Assembly: GCA_048884965.1 (NCBI GenBank) | Contig: JBHLQH010000021.1 | Coordinates: forward strand, 1-60,850 | DNA length: 60,850 nucleotides | Origin: Candidatus Thorarchaeota archaeon | GTDB lineage: Archaea > Asgardarchaeota > Thorarchaeia > Thorarchaeales > Thorarchaeaceae | Direction: 5' to 3' | Part shown: one piece after another, positions 9,181 through 19,151 of the stretch | How the letters are laid out: each line of letters starts with the position of its first letter | Position numbering within the stretch: the first letter of the stretch is position 1 | Program-made: the position numbers and the translations under genes | Notes under the pieces: generated by a model | Told to the model about the DNA's origin: nothing | The model's input: the letters and a program-made list of their open reading frames with translations, nothing else | The model's database searches: none

Positions 9181-10597
9181 GGAGCTGATTGTAGATAGTG
9201 TATAGCTTTTCATAGACAGTATGATGTTCAGGTATTGGTTCTCGACGTTCTACAATGTGCAACATGTTAGAAACCGCTTCATCGTAGCTGCCATACACAC
9301 CAGTCCCAACAGTGCCAAGTATCGCTGCTCCTATCGCCGTTGAGTCCCTAGACCTTGGAAGAAGAACCCTCTTATTCGTACAGTCAGCTTGAATCTGTCG
9401 CCACAAAGGGGAGTTCGATCCACCACCATCTATACGAAGCTCGTTGAACTCAAGATCAAGCATCCCTTCTATCATCTCGCAGTACATTCTGATCCCATAG
9501 CCATTGGCTTCCATGATTGCCCGCGCAACATGGGCTCTTGTGTGACTGAAACCAAGGTTATAGAAGATCCCCTTATTGTATGCCATAAAGGGAAAGACGA
9601 CAAGTCCATCGCTACCAGCAGGGATGGAAGCCGCGGAGGATTCGATTATATCATAGACATCCTTGTCACTTCTAGCTGCTTGAGCAACCTCGGATTCACA
9701 ATAATTATCGCGATACCATTTGTACGCTAAACCAGTCCCAGGGATTGCTCCTTCAAGTATCCATTTGCCGGGCATCGCCGATGGATTGGAGAACATAACA
9801 TAAGGATCCTCGATGAATTCTTCAGTATGTGTGATAACGAATGTTCCCGTCCCGGTCGTGGCTTTCACGACTCCAGATTTGATGGTTCCGGTTCCCAACG
9901 CCGAGCATTGTTGGTCACCACTGCCCATGATGACCATCGTGCCTCTCCGCAAACCTGTCACCTTTGCAGCCTCTCCTGTGATCTCTCCTATTATTTTCCC
10001 AGGCTCTACTATCTCAACGAGCTTGTCTACCGGTATTCCAGTGGCTTCGCATAGTTCGTAGGACCACTTCAATGACTCATGATCTATAGGACCATATCTT
10101 GCGTTAGCAGGCTCACTAACCATAGCTCCACATAATCGATTATTGATGAATGCATCGAGGTGTACGAATTTGTGGGCTTTCTTGAACAGGTCGGGTTGCT
10201 CGTCGATGAACCACATGAGCTTGTTAACAGTTTTACGCGGCCCGATATCTTCAGCCATCTCCTTGCTCTTAGAGCTTGAGCGATTATCAACCCATGTCAC
10301 TGTTGGAGCAAGCGCGTTTCCATCTTTATCGATAGGTGTTACGCAATCGCGGGTTGTGGCTACTACAACGCCTACAATCGCATCGGGGCCAGCATCTAAA
10401 GAGGTGATAGCTCTTTGCATCGTGGTGCAAGCAGTGCGCCAATAGGTATCGGCTATTTGCTCGTGAATCCTAATATCGCGAGGATTTGGAGGGTATTCCT
10501 CATATGCTTTAGTCAGCTCTCGACCCTCTTCATCAACCAGAACGGATCTCGTGCCAGTTGTTCCAATATCAAAGATTGCAAATATCCTACTACTCAT
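9140..10597 (-). CDS. FGGY-family carbohydrate kinase (glycerol/xylulose kinase-like)
   Basis: FDIGTTGTR, TWVDNR, GSGDQQCSALG, TTGTGTF, DGGGSNSPLWRQIQAD; start set at the ATG after a GGTGA RBS. Confidence 0.9.
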   Translation of the reverse strand: MSSRIFAIFDIGTTGTRSVLVDEEGRELTKAYEEYPPNPRDIRIHEQIADTYWRTACTTMQRAITSLDAGPDAIVGVVVATTRDCVTPIDKDGNALAPTVTWVDNRSSSKSKEMAEDIGPRKTVNKLMWFIDEQPDLFKKAHKFVHLDAFINNRLCGAMVSEPANARYGPIDHESLKWSYELCEATGIPVDKLVEIVEPGKIIGEITGEAAKVTGLRRGTMVIMGSGDQQCSALGTGTIKSGVVKATTGTGTFVITHTEEFIEDPYVMFSNPSAMPGKWILEGAIPGTGLAYKWYRDNYCESEVAQAARSDKDVYDIIESSAASIPAGSDGLVVFPFMAYNKGIFYNLGFSHTRAHVARAIMEANGYGIRMYCEMIEGMLDLEFNELRIDGGGSNSPLWRQIQADCTNKRVLLPRSRDSTAIGAAILGTVGTGVYGSYDEAVSNMLHIVERREPIPEHHTVYEKLYTIYNQLLIQEMPSLIQLTS

Positions 10598-10682
10598 ATT
10601 GTTCACCACTTTTGGTATACACCCATTTCATGTACAATGGATAATATGAATCTCCCGACAGAGTTATTTCAACCAAGGAAGG

Positions 10683-11627
10683 ATGTATCTTACCATGGCC
10701 GAGGAATATAGCGCCCACATAGAAATCGTACCCAAAGTACACCTTATACGAGGAAAGAATCAAGGTAGATTTCCTGAGGCGAACGCCCTTCTCATCGATG
10801 ATGAAATTCTCACTATAGTCGATGCAGGCGCCTCACTGGACAACATCAAGAAAACTGTTCATGACTGCGGCCATGGACTTGAAGATATCGATCAGATAAT
10901 CCTGACCCATTTTCACGTTGATCATAAGGGACATGCTGCAGAGATAATGAAGGTCGCGGATTGTGAATTAATATGTCACCCGCTAGCAAAGAAAGGCATT
11001 GAAACCCTCGAAGGTACAATAGAATTCTACGGTATCGCAGGCCACAGGCAATTCAGCAACTGGAGGCATCTAATTGATTTACGCTTGCCACATGTGACAG
11101 GTAACTATCAGGTAACAAGTGTTTTTGACGATAGAAAACCGATATCTCTAGGAGAAATAGAGCTCGTTCCAATCCATGCCCCTGGGCATACCAAGGATCA
11201 CACCCTCTTTGGTATCAATGGAACTGATATCATCTTTCTCGTTGACATTGATCTTACACGGTTCGGGCCATGGTATGGAAATGCTGTTAGTGAGGTGTGT
11301 GCGTTTCAAGATTCAATACGCCATGTAATAGAGTTAGAACCGATGGTAGGTATAAGCAGTCATATCATCAATCCGATTGAAGAGAATCTTATACAACGAT
11401 TGGAGCAGTATCTAGCTATATTCAAACAAAGAGAGAACCGCATTATTGAAAATATCAAGCATGGTATCAACACTATCGAAGGGCTATCAAAAGCACCAAC
11501 GATCTATCCAAGAATCCCTACGGATGCATATCTTATCTTTGAGGAGTTTATGATTGAGAAACACATCGATGATATGATTAGAACTGGTAAAGTGTATGTC
11601 GAAGAAGGTGTGATTCATCTGAGGTAA
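10683..11627 (+). CDS. Metallo-beta-lactamase-fold hydrolase
   Basis: THFHVDHKG, HAPGHTKDH, DIDLTRFGPWYG. Confidence 0.85.
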   Translation: MYLTMAEEYSAHIEIVPKVHLIRGKNQGRFPEANALLIDDEILTIVDAGASLDNIKKTVHDCGHGLEDIDQIILTHFHVDHKGHAAEIMKVADCELICHPLAKKGIETLEGTIEFYGIAGHRQFSNWRHLIDLRLPHVTGNYQVTSVFDDRKPISLGEIELVPIHAPGHTKDHTLFGINGTDIIFLVDIDLTRFGPWYGNAVSEVCAFQDSIRHVIELEPMVGISSHIINPIEENLIQRLEQYLAIFKQRENRIIENIKHGINTIEGLSKAPTIYPRIPTDAYLIFEEFMIEKHIDDMIRTGKVYVEEGVIHLR

Positions 11628-11671
11628 AAATAGAGATGGTGGTCCCCATTGCATTATGAGGACCTACAAGA

Positions 11672-12457
11672 CTACTTGTGAGAGAACTTTGCCTCTCGCT
11701 TATTGAGGAATGCATCAACACCCTCTGTTTTATCCTTTGTATCAAAGGTGTCGCAGAAGACATCCACCTCAAAAGCAAGGTTCTTCTCTAGTGGCATTTC
11801 CCATGCGTTCTGTAGGGATTGCTTGGCTAGTTTTATCGCGATTCCGGGTTTAAGAGCCAGCTTCTTTGCCAGTTCCATTGCTCCTTCCTGCAAGGCTTCA
11901 GGGGTATCAAACAGCTTATTCACCAACCCAAGTCGATGCGCTTCCTCGGCCTTGATCTGGTCTCCAGAATAAACTAGTTCCTTCGCTACACCAAGACCGA
12001 CTATTCGTGGTAGTCGGACGGTTCCACCAAACCCAGGTATGATACCAAGATTGATCTCAGGCTGACCAAATCGGGCATTTGCAGAAGCATATCTGATATC
12101 ACATGCCATAGAGATCTCACAGCCTCCACCTAGTGCGAATCCATTGATTGCAGCAATGACTGGCTTTGACATCGCTTCCATATACTTGCAAAGATTCTGG
12201 CCATTCTCTGCCAGAGCACGTACTGTATTTGAGTTCTTATCACTAAACTCAGAGATATCAGCGCCAGCTGCGAATGCTTTGTCACCTGAACCGGTAAGGA
12301 TGACGACTCGTACAGTATCATCTGCTTCAGCTCGCTTCATTAGTTCAGATAGTTTTGTGACAACAGCGACATTCAACGCATTATACTTACTTGGACGGTT
12401 AATGGTAACCTTGGCAACACCGTCAGATGCCTCATAGAGTACAATCTCTTCAGACAC
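11672..12457 (-). CDS. Enoyl-CoA hydratase (crotonase)
   Basis: AFAAGADI, GFALGGGCE, GQPEINLGIIPGFGGT (both catalytic Glu present). Confidence 0.92.
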   Translation of the reverse strand: MSEEIVLYEASDGVAKVTINRPSKYNALNVAVVTKLSELMKRAEADDTVRVVILTGSGDKAFAAGADISEFSDKNSNTVRALAENGQNLCKYMEAMSKPVIAAINGFALGGGCEISMACDIRYASANARFGQPEINLGIIPGFGGTVRLPRIVGLGVAKELVYSGDQIKAEEAHRLGLVNKLFDTPEALQEGAMELAKKLALKPGIAIKLAKQSLQNAWEMPLEKNLAFEVDVFCDTFDTKDKTEGVDAFLNKREAKFSHK

Positions 12458-12648
12458 TGTAAACTCCTCCTGGAGAACATGACTTCTCCTTTCAGAGTCC
12501 TAAATAAGCGTTCTCAGAACACAATTTGTCTTCATTATTGAAAAGAACACTACAGAAGAGGTCTAACCTCAGACTCCGGTTTGCCTTAATGCTTATTTAC
12601 CGGTTTGTTGAATCGTTGTACGCTAGACTATAACAAATCGGAGAAGAG

Positions 12649-13041
12649 ATGATGCAGCAGGGAGAGAAGAATCAGGTTCTAGTAGACTCACTCCTCGCTA
12701 TGAAGAATTCATTGCTGAGTTCCTACGAGATGAAGACGACAGTGAAGGAAGAGGGATTGCTTCTTCGGGGTCTAACAAAGGAGGGACCAGACTATATTGT
12801 CTTCTCGGATTATAGACGCAATGACGGAAGAAGAAGGATACTTGACGCTATCGAGATGATTGATACCGCAATTTCAAAGCTAGAGGATATGGACTATCGA
12901 GATGCATCAAGAATCTATCTAAACACTCTGAAATCCGTTGCCATCATAACCAAGATGGCGAATGTTCTCGAATGTCACTGTCTAGATGGTAATTTCGAAG
13001 AAAAAGAAGAGGAGGGCACAATTGCCCTCAAAATAGCTTAG
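12649..13041 (+). CDS. Hypothetical helical protein
   Basis: 130-aa ORF with upstream TTATTTA box and GGAG; no motif recognised. Confidence 0.6.
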   Translation: MMQQGEKNQVLVDSLLAMKNSLLSSYEMKTTVKEEGLLLRGLTKEGPDYIVFSDYRRNDGRRRILDAIEMIDTAISKLEDMDYRDASRIYLNTLKSVAIITKMANVLECHCLDGNFEEKEEEGTIALKIA

Positions 13042-13454
13042 GTAAGCCATTTGTAAGTAATCTTCTTGTCATCTATTTTCTCATAACCAAGCTTCAATGT
13101 CATGCCAACCTCAGGCATACTCATGAGATTCGTTATGTGGGCAGTTAGCCGCTTGCCTGATGGAAACTCTCCAATGGCAACCACATAGGGAGCTTTTGAT
13201 GTTAGTGTTTCAGGAGCGAAATCGACGATCACATAGGACCGAAGCTTTGCTTGAGTTTCGGTGAATAGCTTCAATTCAGCTTTACTAAGACACTTTTGGC
13301 AATGTTCTCTCGGTGGAAGGTATTCTTCGCCGCAAGAAGTACACTTGCTCATCATCAACTTTTCCTCATCAAGTGCTTCCAAGAATTTCTGGAAGAACGG
13401 AGTGACTGCCTTATCGGTGGTGTAGCCCAAATAGAGTTCTTTCTGTTCTGTCAT
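13038..13454 (-). CDS. DUF35/ChsH2-type Zn-ribbon OB-fold thiolase partner
   Basis: CTSCGEEYLPPREHCQKC, PYVVAIG; ATG overlaps the thiolase stop (TAATG). Confidence 0.9.
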   Translation of the reverse strand: MTEQKELYLGYTTDKAVTPFFQKFLEALDEEKLMMSKCTSCGEEYLPPREHCQKCLSKAELKLFTETQAKLRSYVIVDFAPETLTSKAPYVVAIGEFPSGKRLTAHITNLMSMPEVGMTLKLGYEKIDDKKITYKWLT

Positions 13455-14623
13455 TAGGACCATCCCCTCTCAAAGATGAAGACGTTCACGAACTGTCCAG
13501 ATTGACCAACGTTGTGAGCCAAGCCATATTGGACATCTTTGATCTGTCTTGAAGAGTGTTCAGCCTCGCCGCGCATCTGCTTCATGATTTCATATGTCAT
13601 GGAAACACCTGTTGCGCCCAAGGGATGGCCTTTGCTCTTGAGACCTCCATCACAGTTGACGGGAATCCTGCCTGTGTGGTAGTTTTCCTTGTTCTCTACA
13701 AGCTCAGGTCCCTTGCCAGGTTCAGCAAATCCTAAATCTTCGTAGGCTATTAGTTCAGCGATGGTGAAGCAATCGTGGACCTGTGCCATATTCATATCAT
13801 CTGGCTTCAGTCCAGCCATCTTGTATGCCGCATCAGCTGCTCTCTTTGCACCAGGAATTGAGGTCAAGCTCTTCCTATCCTGAATCATCATCTCTGAAGC
13901 GCCTGCGCCAATACCTTTGATCCACATCGGACGATCAGTGAATTCCTTCACACGATCCTCAGCAGCTATGACAACCGCAGCACCTCCATCAGTGATCAAG
14001 CTACAGTCATAGAGGTTGAGAGGTCGGCAAATGGGTATAGCATTATTTGCTTCCTCAAAGGGTATCTCCTTGGGTAAGTGAGCCTTAGGATTCTGTGCAC
14101 CATAGTGATGTGATTTGACCGCAATCTTCGCGAGGGTGTCATGAGTCATGTTATATTCGTGCATGTATCGTGATGCCATTAGAGCATAGAAAGCAGGAAA
14201 TGAGATTCCATATGGATACTCCCATCTCATATCACCAGCTCGCGACATATACTCTGTAGCAGTAGCTGAAGACACTCGGTTCATCTGCTCAACACCAAGT
14301 ACAAGCATTACATCATAAAGACCTGCCGCGACCATTCCCCAAGCAGCCCTAAGAGAGGCTGTTCCAGTTGTGCAAGCAGATTCTACTCTAAGGTGAGGCT
14401 TTTCTTGCATGCCGATATAATCAGCCATCAATGCAGAGCCAGCACCTTGACCAGTGAATTGCGATGCAGCATAGGAGAGAACAGAAGCGTCAATCTTGTC
14501 TTGTGTGATGCCTTCATCATAGATCGGTTTGTATGCTTCCGCACACAACTCTCTCATGGTGGCATCATATCGCTTTCCAAACTTGCTGTGGCCACCAGCC
14601 ACAACAGCGACGCGTCTTGCCAT
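13454..14623 (-). CDS. Archaeal-type thiolase (acetyl-CoA C-acyltransferase)
   Basis: ESACTTG, DCSLITDGGAA, VHDCFTIAE, GGLKSKGHPLGATG, HNVG. Confidence 0.92.
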   Translation of the reverse strand: MARRVAVVAGGHSKFGKRYDATMRELCAEAYKPIYDEGITQDKIDASVLSYAASQFTGQGAGSALMADYIGMQEKPHLRVESACTTGTASLRAAWGMVAAGLYDVMLVLGVEQMNRVSSATATEYMSRAGDMRWEYPYGISFPAFYALMASRYMHEYNMTHDTLAKIAVKSHHYGAQNPKAHLPKEIPFEEANNAIPICRPLNLYDCSLITDGGAAVVIAAEDRVKEFTDRPMWIKGIGAGASEMMIQDRKSLTSIPGAKRAADAAYKMAGLKPDDMNMAQVHDCFTIAELIAYEDLGFAEPGKGPELVENKENYHTGRIPVNCDGGLKSKGHPLGATGVSMTYEIMKQMRGEAEHSSRQIKDVQYGLAHNVGQSGQFVNVFIFERGWS

Positions 14624-14800
14624 TTTTTATCCTCCGGAAGGAACTCCTCTTCTATTGCTGAGCAGCTCCTTTACTTCAATCAGACTTATGAAACATCTCA
14701 AGACGTGGTCTTAAGGTTGACGGATGCCAAGATGACGATTGTGAATTCGACACTTAGATACAACCAAGTTTAAAGTAGTGAGAAGTAAGAAACAGAAACA

Positions 14801-15130
14801 GTGAGGGATATGGTAAAACATCCTAGATACCAAGCACAAGATGTTGGGAGAATGGAAGAGATCCCACGAGCATTTGATAGATATTGCCCGAGTACATACA
14901 AGCTCGAACGCGTCGAGCCTCATAGGGACCCGAAGACCGTAGGTCCTATTCCCAGACCGACCTTTAGGATACTCAATGAAAAGGGAAAACTTGTAGCTCA
15001 TTTCCATCCCTACGGACATTCAGAATGCTACGATGATGCCTTCAAGGAGATCTATGGGAAAATGTCTAGAGATATCGAACAAGCAGGATTCTCAGCTATG
15101 CAGCAGTTCGAGAAGGAATATGGTAACTGA
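14801..15130 (+). CDS. Hypothetical protein
   Basis: 109-aa ORF (probable ATG at 14810) after a TTTAAA box; no family recognised. Confidence 0.6.
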   Translation: MRDMVKHPRYQAQDVGRMEEIPRAFDRYCPSTYKLERVEPHRDPKTVGPIPRPTFRILNEKGKLVAHFHPYGHSECYDDAFKEIYGKMSRDIEQAGFSAMQQFEKEYGN

Positions 15131-15174
15131 GTTTTGTTGCGCTGTCTGAAGCTCTTTTGTAGGGATATTCCCAA

Positions 15175-16110
15175 GTGAAAACTATGATTCGGGAAATATC
15201 ATTGGAGTCTTTCGAGACAATCGAATATCTGATTGACGATTACACATCATCTCAAAAGACGAGTATTTTCGCACCTCCAATTCCACTCGCAGATCGTCTA
15301 AAGCATGGAATTTCAGAGGGAGCGATTGGTGTCTATGCCTTTGTGGAGCATGAAGAAGCAAAAGGATTCTTCGTCTTAGGCTTGAGAAATGGAGGAATAA
15401 GCATACTTCATGCTTCTGGAGAAGATGCTCGTGTTTTTAGGATCAAACAAGAGATGTTCGACTTTGGTTTTGAGTTGCTATCCAAGGAATTCTCCTTGGT
15501 TCGAGTTGGCGGCGGATCCATAGATGAGGAATTATCAAGGTATCTTATCTCTCGAGGCTTTGACAAATTTGACCGGAAGCATATGACGCTGTCAAGAGAG
15601 AAAATAGAAGACTTGCCAGATTCTTCTCTGGATGGTTCTTTCACATTTCAGTCCTATACTAGTGATGACAAGCAAGAGATGAGTGCTCTCATCTACGATG
15701 CTAACGTAGACAACATCGATGTGAAAGTCTTTCCAAATTTCTTTGGTTCAGAGGAAGCTGTCAAGGATCTAATAACTAGCATCGAAAACAACGTTTATGG
15801 CAAATACACTGAAGGTTACTCTCTAATCCTTCGAAAGGAGGGTGAAGCTGTCGGAGCAATCTTTCTGACTCAGACCGATGACGTAACAGGATACATCCCA
15901 GATATATGCATTCGAAAGGACAACCGTAGACAGGGATTGGGTCGAGCCATTCTGGTTCAATCCTTCAAAGATATGATCAATGGCATGCCAGCGCTGAGGA
16001 GAATCAACTTGGACGTCACAATGAAAAATCCTGCACGATTCTTGTATGAATCACTTGGATTCGAGGATGTCAACCATTATTCAGTGCATCTCTGGAATAA
16101 AGCTGAATAG
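15175..16110 (+). CDS. Tandem-domain GNAT acetyltransferase
   Basis: ICIRKDNRRQGLGRAIL, LDVTMKNPARFLYESLGF. Confidence 0.85.
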   Translation: MKTMIREISLESFETIEYLIDDYTSSQKTSIFAPPIPLADRLKHGISEGAIGVYAFVEHEEAKGFFVLGLRNGGISILHASGEDARVFRIKQEMFDFGFELLSKEFSLVRVGGGSIDEELSRYLISRGFDKFDRKHMTLSREKIEDLPDSSLDGSFTFQSYTSDDKQEMSALIYDANVDNIDVKVFPNFFGSEEAVKDLITSIENNVYGKYTEGYSLILRKEGEAVGAIFLTQTDDVTGYIPDICIRKDNRRQGLGRAILVQSFKDMINGMPALRRINLDVTMKNPARFLYESLGFEDVNHYSVHLWNKAE

Positions 16111-16125
16111 TTGAAAAATGAAAGT

Positions 16126-16145
16126 GATGGGGGAAACCCCCCATC
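16126..16145. terminator. GC-rich hairpin between convergent genes
   Basis: GATGGGGG-AAAC-CCCCCATC, perfect 8-bp stem. Confidence 0.55.
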
Positions 16146-16155
16146 TAGAAACTCA

Positions 16156-16968
16156 TTATGCGCCTGTGAACTTGCCACGACGCTTCTCAAAGACTGCCGA
16201 GATACCTTCTCCGAGGTCTTTTGTTGCAAAGAGTGCGACCCCAGCCTTGGTCTGGTACTCGTGGTTATCTTTGTAGTCGTCATCAAATGCCATGTGGGTT
16301 GCCGCCTTTGCCCATTTCAAGGCAAGAGGCGCATTACCACCTAACTTTGCACCGTACCACATAGCCTGGCTGAGTAGTTCATCCTTGGTCACAACCTTGC
16401 TAACAAGGCCCATCTGTAGTGCTTCATCAGCGGTCACCTGACCACCTGTAAGGATAAGTTCCATAGCCTTTCCTAGACCGATGATTCTTGGTAACCTTAC
16501 ACATCCACCCCAAGCCGGTATAAGACCAAGACTGACTTCGGGAGTTCCAATCTTTGCTTCGGTATCGCAAATTCGGATATCACAAGCAAGCGCAATTTCA
16601 GTTCCGCCGCCCAGACAAAGACCGTGAACAGCAGCGATAACAGGTTTGCTCAACTTGGCAATTTTGTCAATAACTGCCTGTCCCTGTTCTAGCAATGGTT
16701 TTACCTCATCGCCTTTTCCCAGATAGCCCTGAGCCATCTTGAGGTCTGCTCCAGTGCAGAACACCTTATCATGAGCTGAAGCCAATACTACTGAGCGAAC
16801 ATCAGGATCTTTTTCAGCTTCATCTAAAGCATCATTCAGATCTTGAATGAAGTCGTCATTAATACTGTTCAGAGCGTCAACGCGGTTGAACTTGATTACA
16901 GCTACGTTCTTTACTGGTGAAAGGAACGAGCCCTCCTTTGAATAGAGCATAGATTTGTATTCTGGCAT
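16156..16968 (-). CDS. Enoyl-CoA hydratase/isomerase
   Basis: FCTGADL, GLCLGGGTE, GTPEVSLGLIPAWGG; start at the ATG after GGTGAT. Confidence 0.9.
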   Translation of the reverse strand: MPEYKSMLYSKEGSFLSPVKNVAVIKFNRVDALNSINDDFIQDLNDALDEAEKDPDVRSVVLASAHDKVFCTGADLKMAQGYLGKGDEVKPLLEQGQAVIDKIAKLSKPVIAAVHGLCLGGGTEIALACDIRICDTEAKIGTPEVSLGLIPAWGGCVRLPRIIGLGKAMELILTGGQVTADEALQMGLVSKVVTKDELLSQAMWYGAKLGGNAPLALKWAKAATHMAFDDDYKDNHEYQTKAGVALFATKDLGEGISAVFEKRRGKFTGA

Positions 16969-17067
16969 TATTATCACCGTTCAAAGACTATGCCAAGACA
17001 ACAGCATGCTTCCTCTAATAAATACCGGTCCTTTTAGATTGTCGAAGTCTAGTTCACGAATTCACGT

Positions 17068-17103
17068 AAAAAGAGAAAGGAGGCAAGGAGCATCCTTGCC
17101 TTC
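17068..17103 (-). terminator. Hairpin plus T-tract downstream of the 3-hydroxyacyl-CoA dehydrogenase gene
   Basis: GGAGGCAAGGA-GCA-TCCTTGCCTTC stem followed on the minus strand by TTTCTCTTTTT. Confidence 0.6.
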
Positions 17104-17112
17104 ATTTCGATA

Positions 17113-18237
17113 CTAACCTAGCATCTTTGGTACTGAATAGCATTCACCAAGTTCTTCATACAGCTTCTGCATCTCAACCTTGACCTTGTCAAGACCAATC
17201 TTGTTCGCTGTTTCAAAGGGACCTTCTGGGAAGCTTGCACCAAGCTTCATTGCCATGTCGATGTCATCCTTCTCAGCGATTCCTTCATCGACCAGTAACA
17301 TCGCTTCTCGTAAGACAGGCATTTGGATTCGCATAAGCAACCACTGTGCATCAACTCCCTTTGGTGGCTCAGGTGCATCCTGTGCTGCCCCATATTGATA
17401 GAATCCCTTCTTGGCTTTATTACCAATCGCACCAGCTTCAACTAGCTTCTTGAGTGTTTCAGGAGGCTTGAAGCAATCACCTAGTTCCCGATAGAGCGTG
17501 CTCATAGCATTAAAGGCGATGTCTAGACCAACAAAGTCACCCAATGCAAAAGGCCCTACCATGAACTTGGCATGAGTCGTCATTACATTATCGATTTCTT
17601 CCTTGGTAGCAATGCCTTGCTCATACAGGAGAATGGACTCACGAAGAACAGGCATGAGAATCCTATTGACAATGAAACCAGGACTGTTCTTTGCTTTCAC
17701 TGGGATCTTGCCCTGTCTCTCACCAACCTCAATCGCTGCTTTGATTGTTTCATCACTAGTCTTGTCACCGATAACAATCTCAATCAGTTTCATGGCGGCC
17801 ACAGGCGAGAAGTAGTGCATACCAATGAACTTGTCAGCTCTGTTCGTCGCACCTGCCAATTCATCAATGCTGAGGGAAGAAGTATTCGTAGCAAGGATTG
17901 CATGAGGTGGTGCATTTGCATCACACTCAGCAAAAACTTTCTTCTTGACATCCATATTCTCAAAGATTGCTTCAATAACTAGATCGACCTCCTTCACTGC
18001 ATCAGAGATACTTGTTGTTGAGGCCAAGTTACCCATCAATGCTTGTGCTTCAGCTAATCCCAGCTTTCCCTTGTCAACACCGGTCATGACATCGTTCCGT
18101 ATCCTATCCATACCAGCCTCAAGAGCTCCTTCATTCACATCAACCAGGGTGACATGGATGCCCTTTCCAGCTGATACGTAGGCTATACCGGAACCCATCA
18201 GACCAGCTCCGATGACTGCAATCTTGTTAATTGCCAT
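17113..18237 (-). CDS. 3-hydroxyacyl-CoA dehydrogenase with duplicated C-terminal domain
   Basis: VIGAGLMGSGIA, IEAIFENMDVK, TNTSSL, GMHYFSP, PGFIVNR; second 3HCDH C-domain (DIDMAMKLGASFPEGPF). Confidence 0.92.
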   Translation of the reverse strand: MAINKIAVIGAGLMGSGIAYVSAGKGIHVTLVDVNEGALEAGMDRIRNDVMTGVDKGKLGLAEAQALMGNLASTTSISDAVKEVDLVIEAIFENMDVKKKVFAECDANAPPHAILATNTSSLSIDELAGATNRADKFIGMHYFSPVAAMKLIEIVIGDKTSDETIKAAIEVGERQGKIPVKAKNSPGFIVNRILMPVLRESILLYEQGIATKEEIDNVMTTHAKFMVGPFALGDFVGLDIAFNAMSTLYRELGDCFKPPETLKKLVEAGAIGNKAKKGFYQYGAAQDAPEPPKGVDAQWLLMRIQMPVLREAMLLVDEGIAEKDDIDMAMKLGASFPEGPFETANKIGLDKVKVEMQKLYEELGECYSVPKMLG

Positions 18238-18248
18238 TGGATTACCTC

Positions 18249-18617
18249 CTATAGAGCACCAGTCATCGCGACCAGGATCAAGTTGGCAAGGGGATCACTC
18301 TCATGAGCGTTTCCAATCACACTAAGGCTTCCGTCCTTCATGGTATCCTTGAACGGTATCTCACCAGTGAAGATTCCCAATAGCACCTCAGAGCGAGCTC
18401 TATAGATGACATCGGGACTCGGATAGACTCCATCATGAAGGCTCATCCCAGAATGCTTGACCACAAGATATTGGTCACCTTCCTCTGTATGTACCTGCAG
18501 AATCTTCCCATGGTATGGTCCAATCCATTCAGCGATATGCTTCTTGAGGTCATCCTTTGAGTTGACTTGATGCATGAAGAACTTGAAGAATTCTTGTAGT
18601 TGACTCATTTTACTCAT
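18249..18617 (-). CDS. SCP2 sterol/acyl-CoA-binding domain protein
   Basis: PDVIY...LLGIFTGEIPFKDTMKDGSLSVIGN matches the SCP2 C-terminal pattern; beta-oxidation context. Confidence 0.7.
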   Translation of the reverse strand: MSKMSQLQEFFKFFMHQVNSKDDLKKHIAEWIGPYHGKILQVHTEEGDQYLVVKHSGMSLHDGVYPSPDVIYRARSEVLLGIFTGEIPFKDTMKDGSLSVIGNAHESDPLANLILVAMTGAL

Positions 18618-18885
18618 CCTCCTTATTCATCCAGTCGTTGATTGCCTCGTGCATGACTGCTTCCAATGTTGTCGTCCAGAAGTTGCCCTTTCGCTTCTTG
18701 ATCTTCTGAAGGAACGCTTCATACTTGTCGTTATCCATAAGAACGACAATACGTCCCTTTCGATCATTGATGAAAGCTCTATGGTACATCTTCTTTGAGC
18801 TCCAATACTCATGTTCTATGGACTCTTCATCGAGAGTAGGATAGAACGGCCATTCACCAGTTGGATGTTTCCTGAACTTTGCCAT
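18610..18885 (-). CDS. Small protein with a C-terminal ribbon-helix-helix-like segment
   Basis: RIVVLMDNDKYEAF...TLEAVMHEAINDWM; overlaps both neighbours. Confidence 0.6.
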   Translation of the reverse strand: MAKFRKHPTGEWPFYPTLDEESIEHEYWSSKKMYHRAFINDRKGRIVVLMDNDKYEAFLQKIKKRKGNFWTTTLEAVMHEAINDWMNKEDE

Positions 18886-19151
18886 TATTTACTCCACCTC
18901 TTTACTTCGCCACCAACAGCTTCTTTGAAGCCGGGTCGGAAAGGCCATTGAACACAATAGCGGAATCCCTTGACACCCTCCTCCTCTCCACCAGACCAGC
19001 GTCCAGTGTAGACGCGCCCGCCTTTGTTATTGGCGAACTGCTCCATGACGCACATGATGAGTCCTTGAACAGTAAGGCCAGCTTCCTCAGCGAGTTCTTT
19101 GAGATTCTCCATTGTCTTATCGTCGAATTTGATATCCATCCTGTCACTCAT
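18885..19151 (-). CDS. Small protein with an N-terminal ribbon-helix-helix (CopG-like) segment
   Basis: RMDIKFDDKTMENLKELAEEAGLTVQGLIMCVMEQF. Confidence 0.7.
   Translation of the reverse strand: MSDRMDIKFDDKTMENLKELAEEAGLTVQGLIMCVMEQFANNKGGRVYTGRWSGGEEEGVKGFRYCVQWPFRPGFKEAVGGEVKRWSK

Noticed and set aside
16117-16150. ATGA...AAA...GA hairpin resembling a eukaryote-type SECIS
   Set aside because: The upstream GNAT has no in-frame TGA (TAG lies just upstream of its start) and similar hairpins sit at other gene ends, so a terminator explains it better
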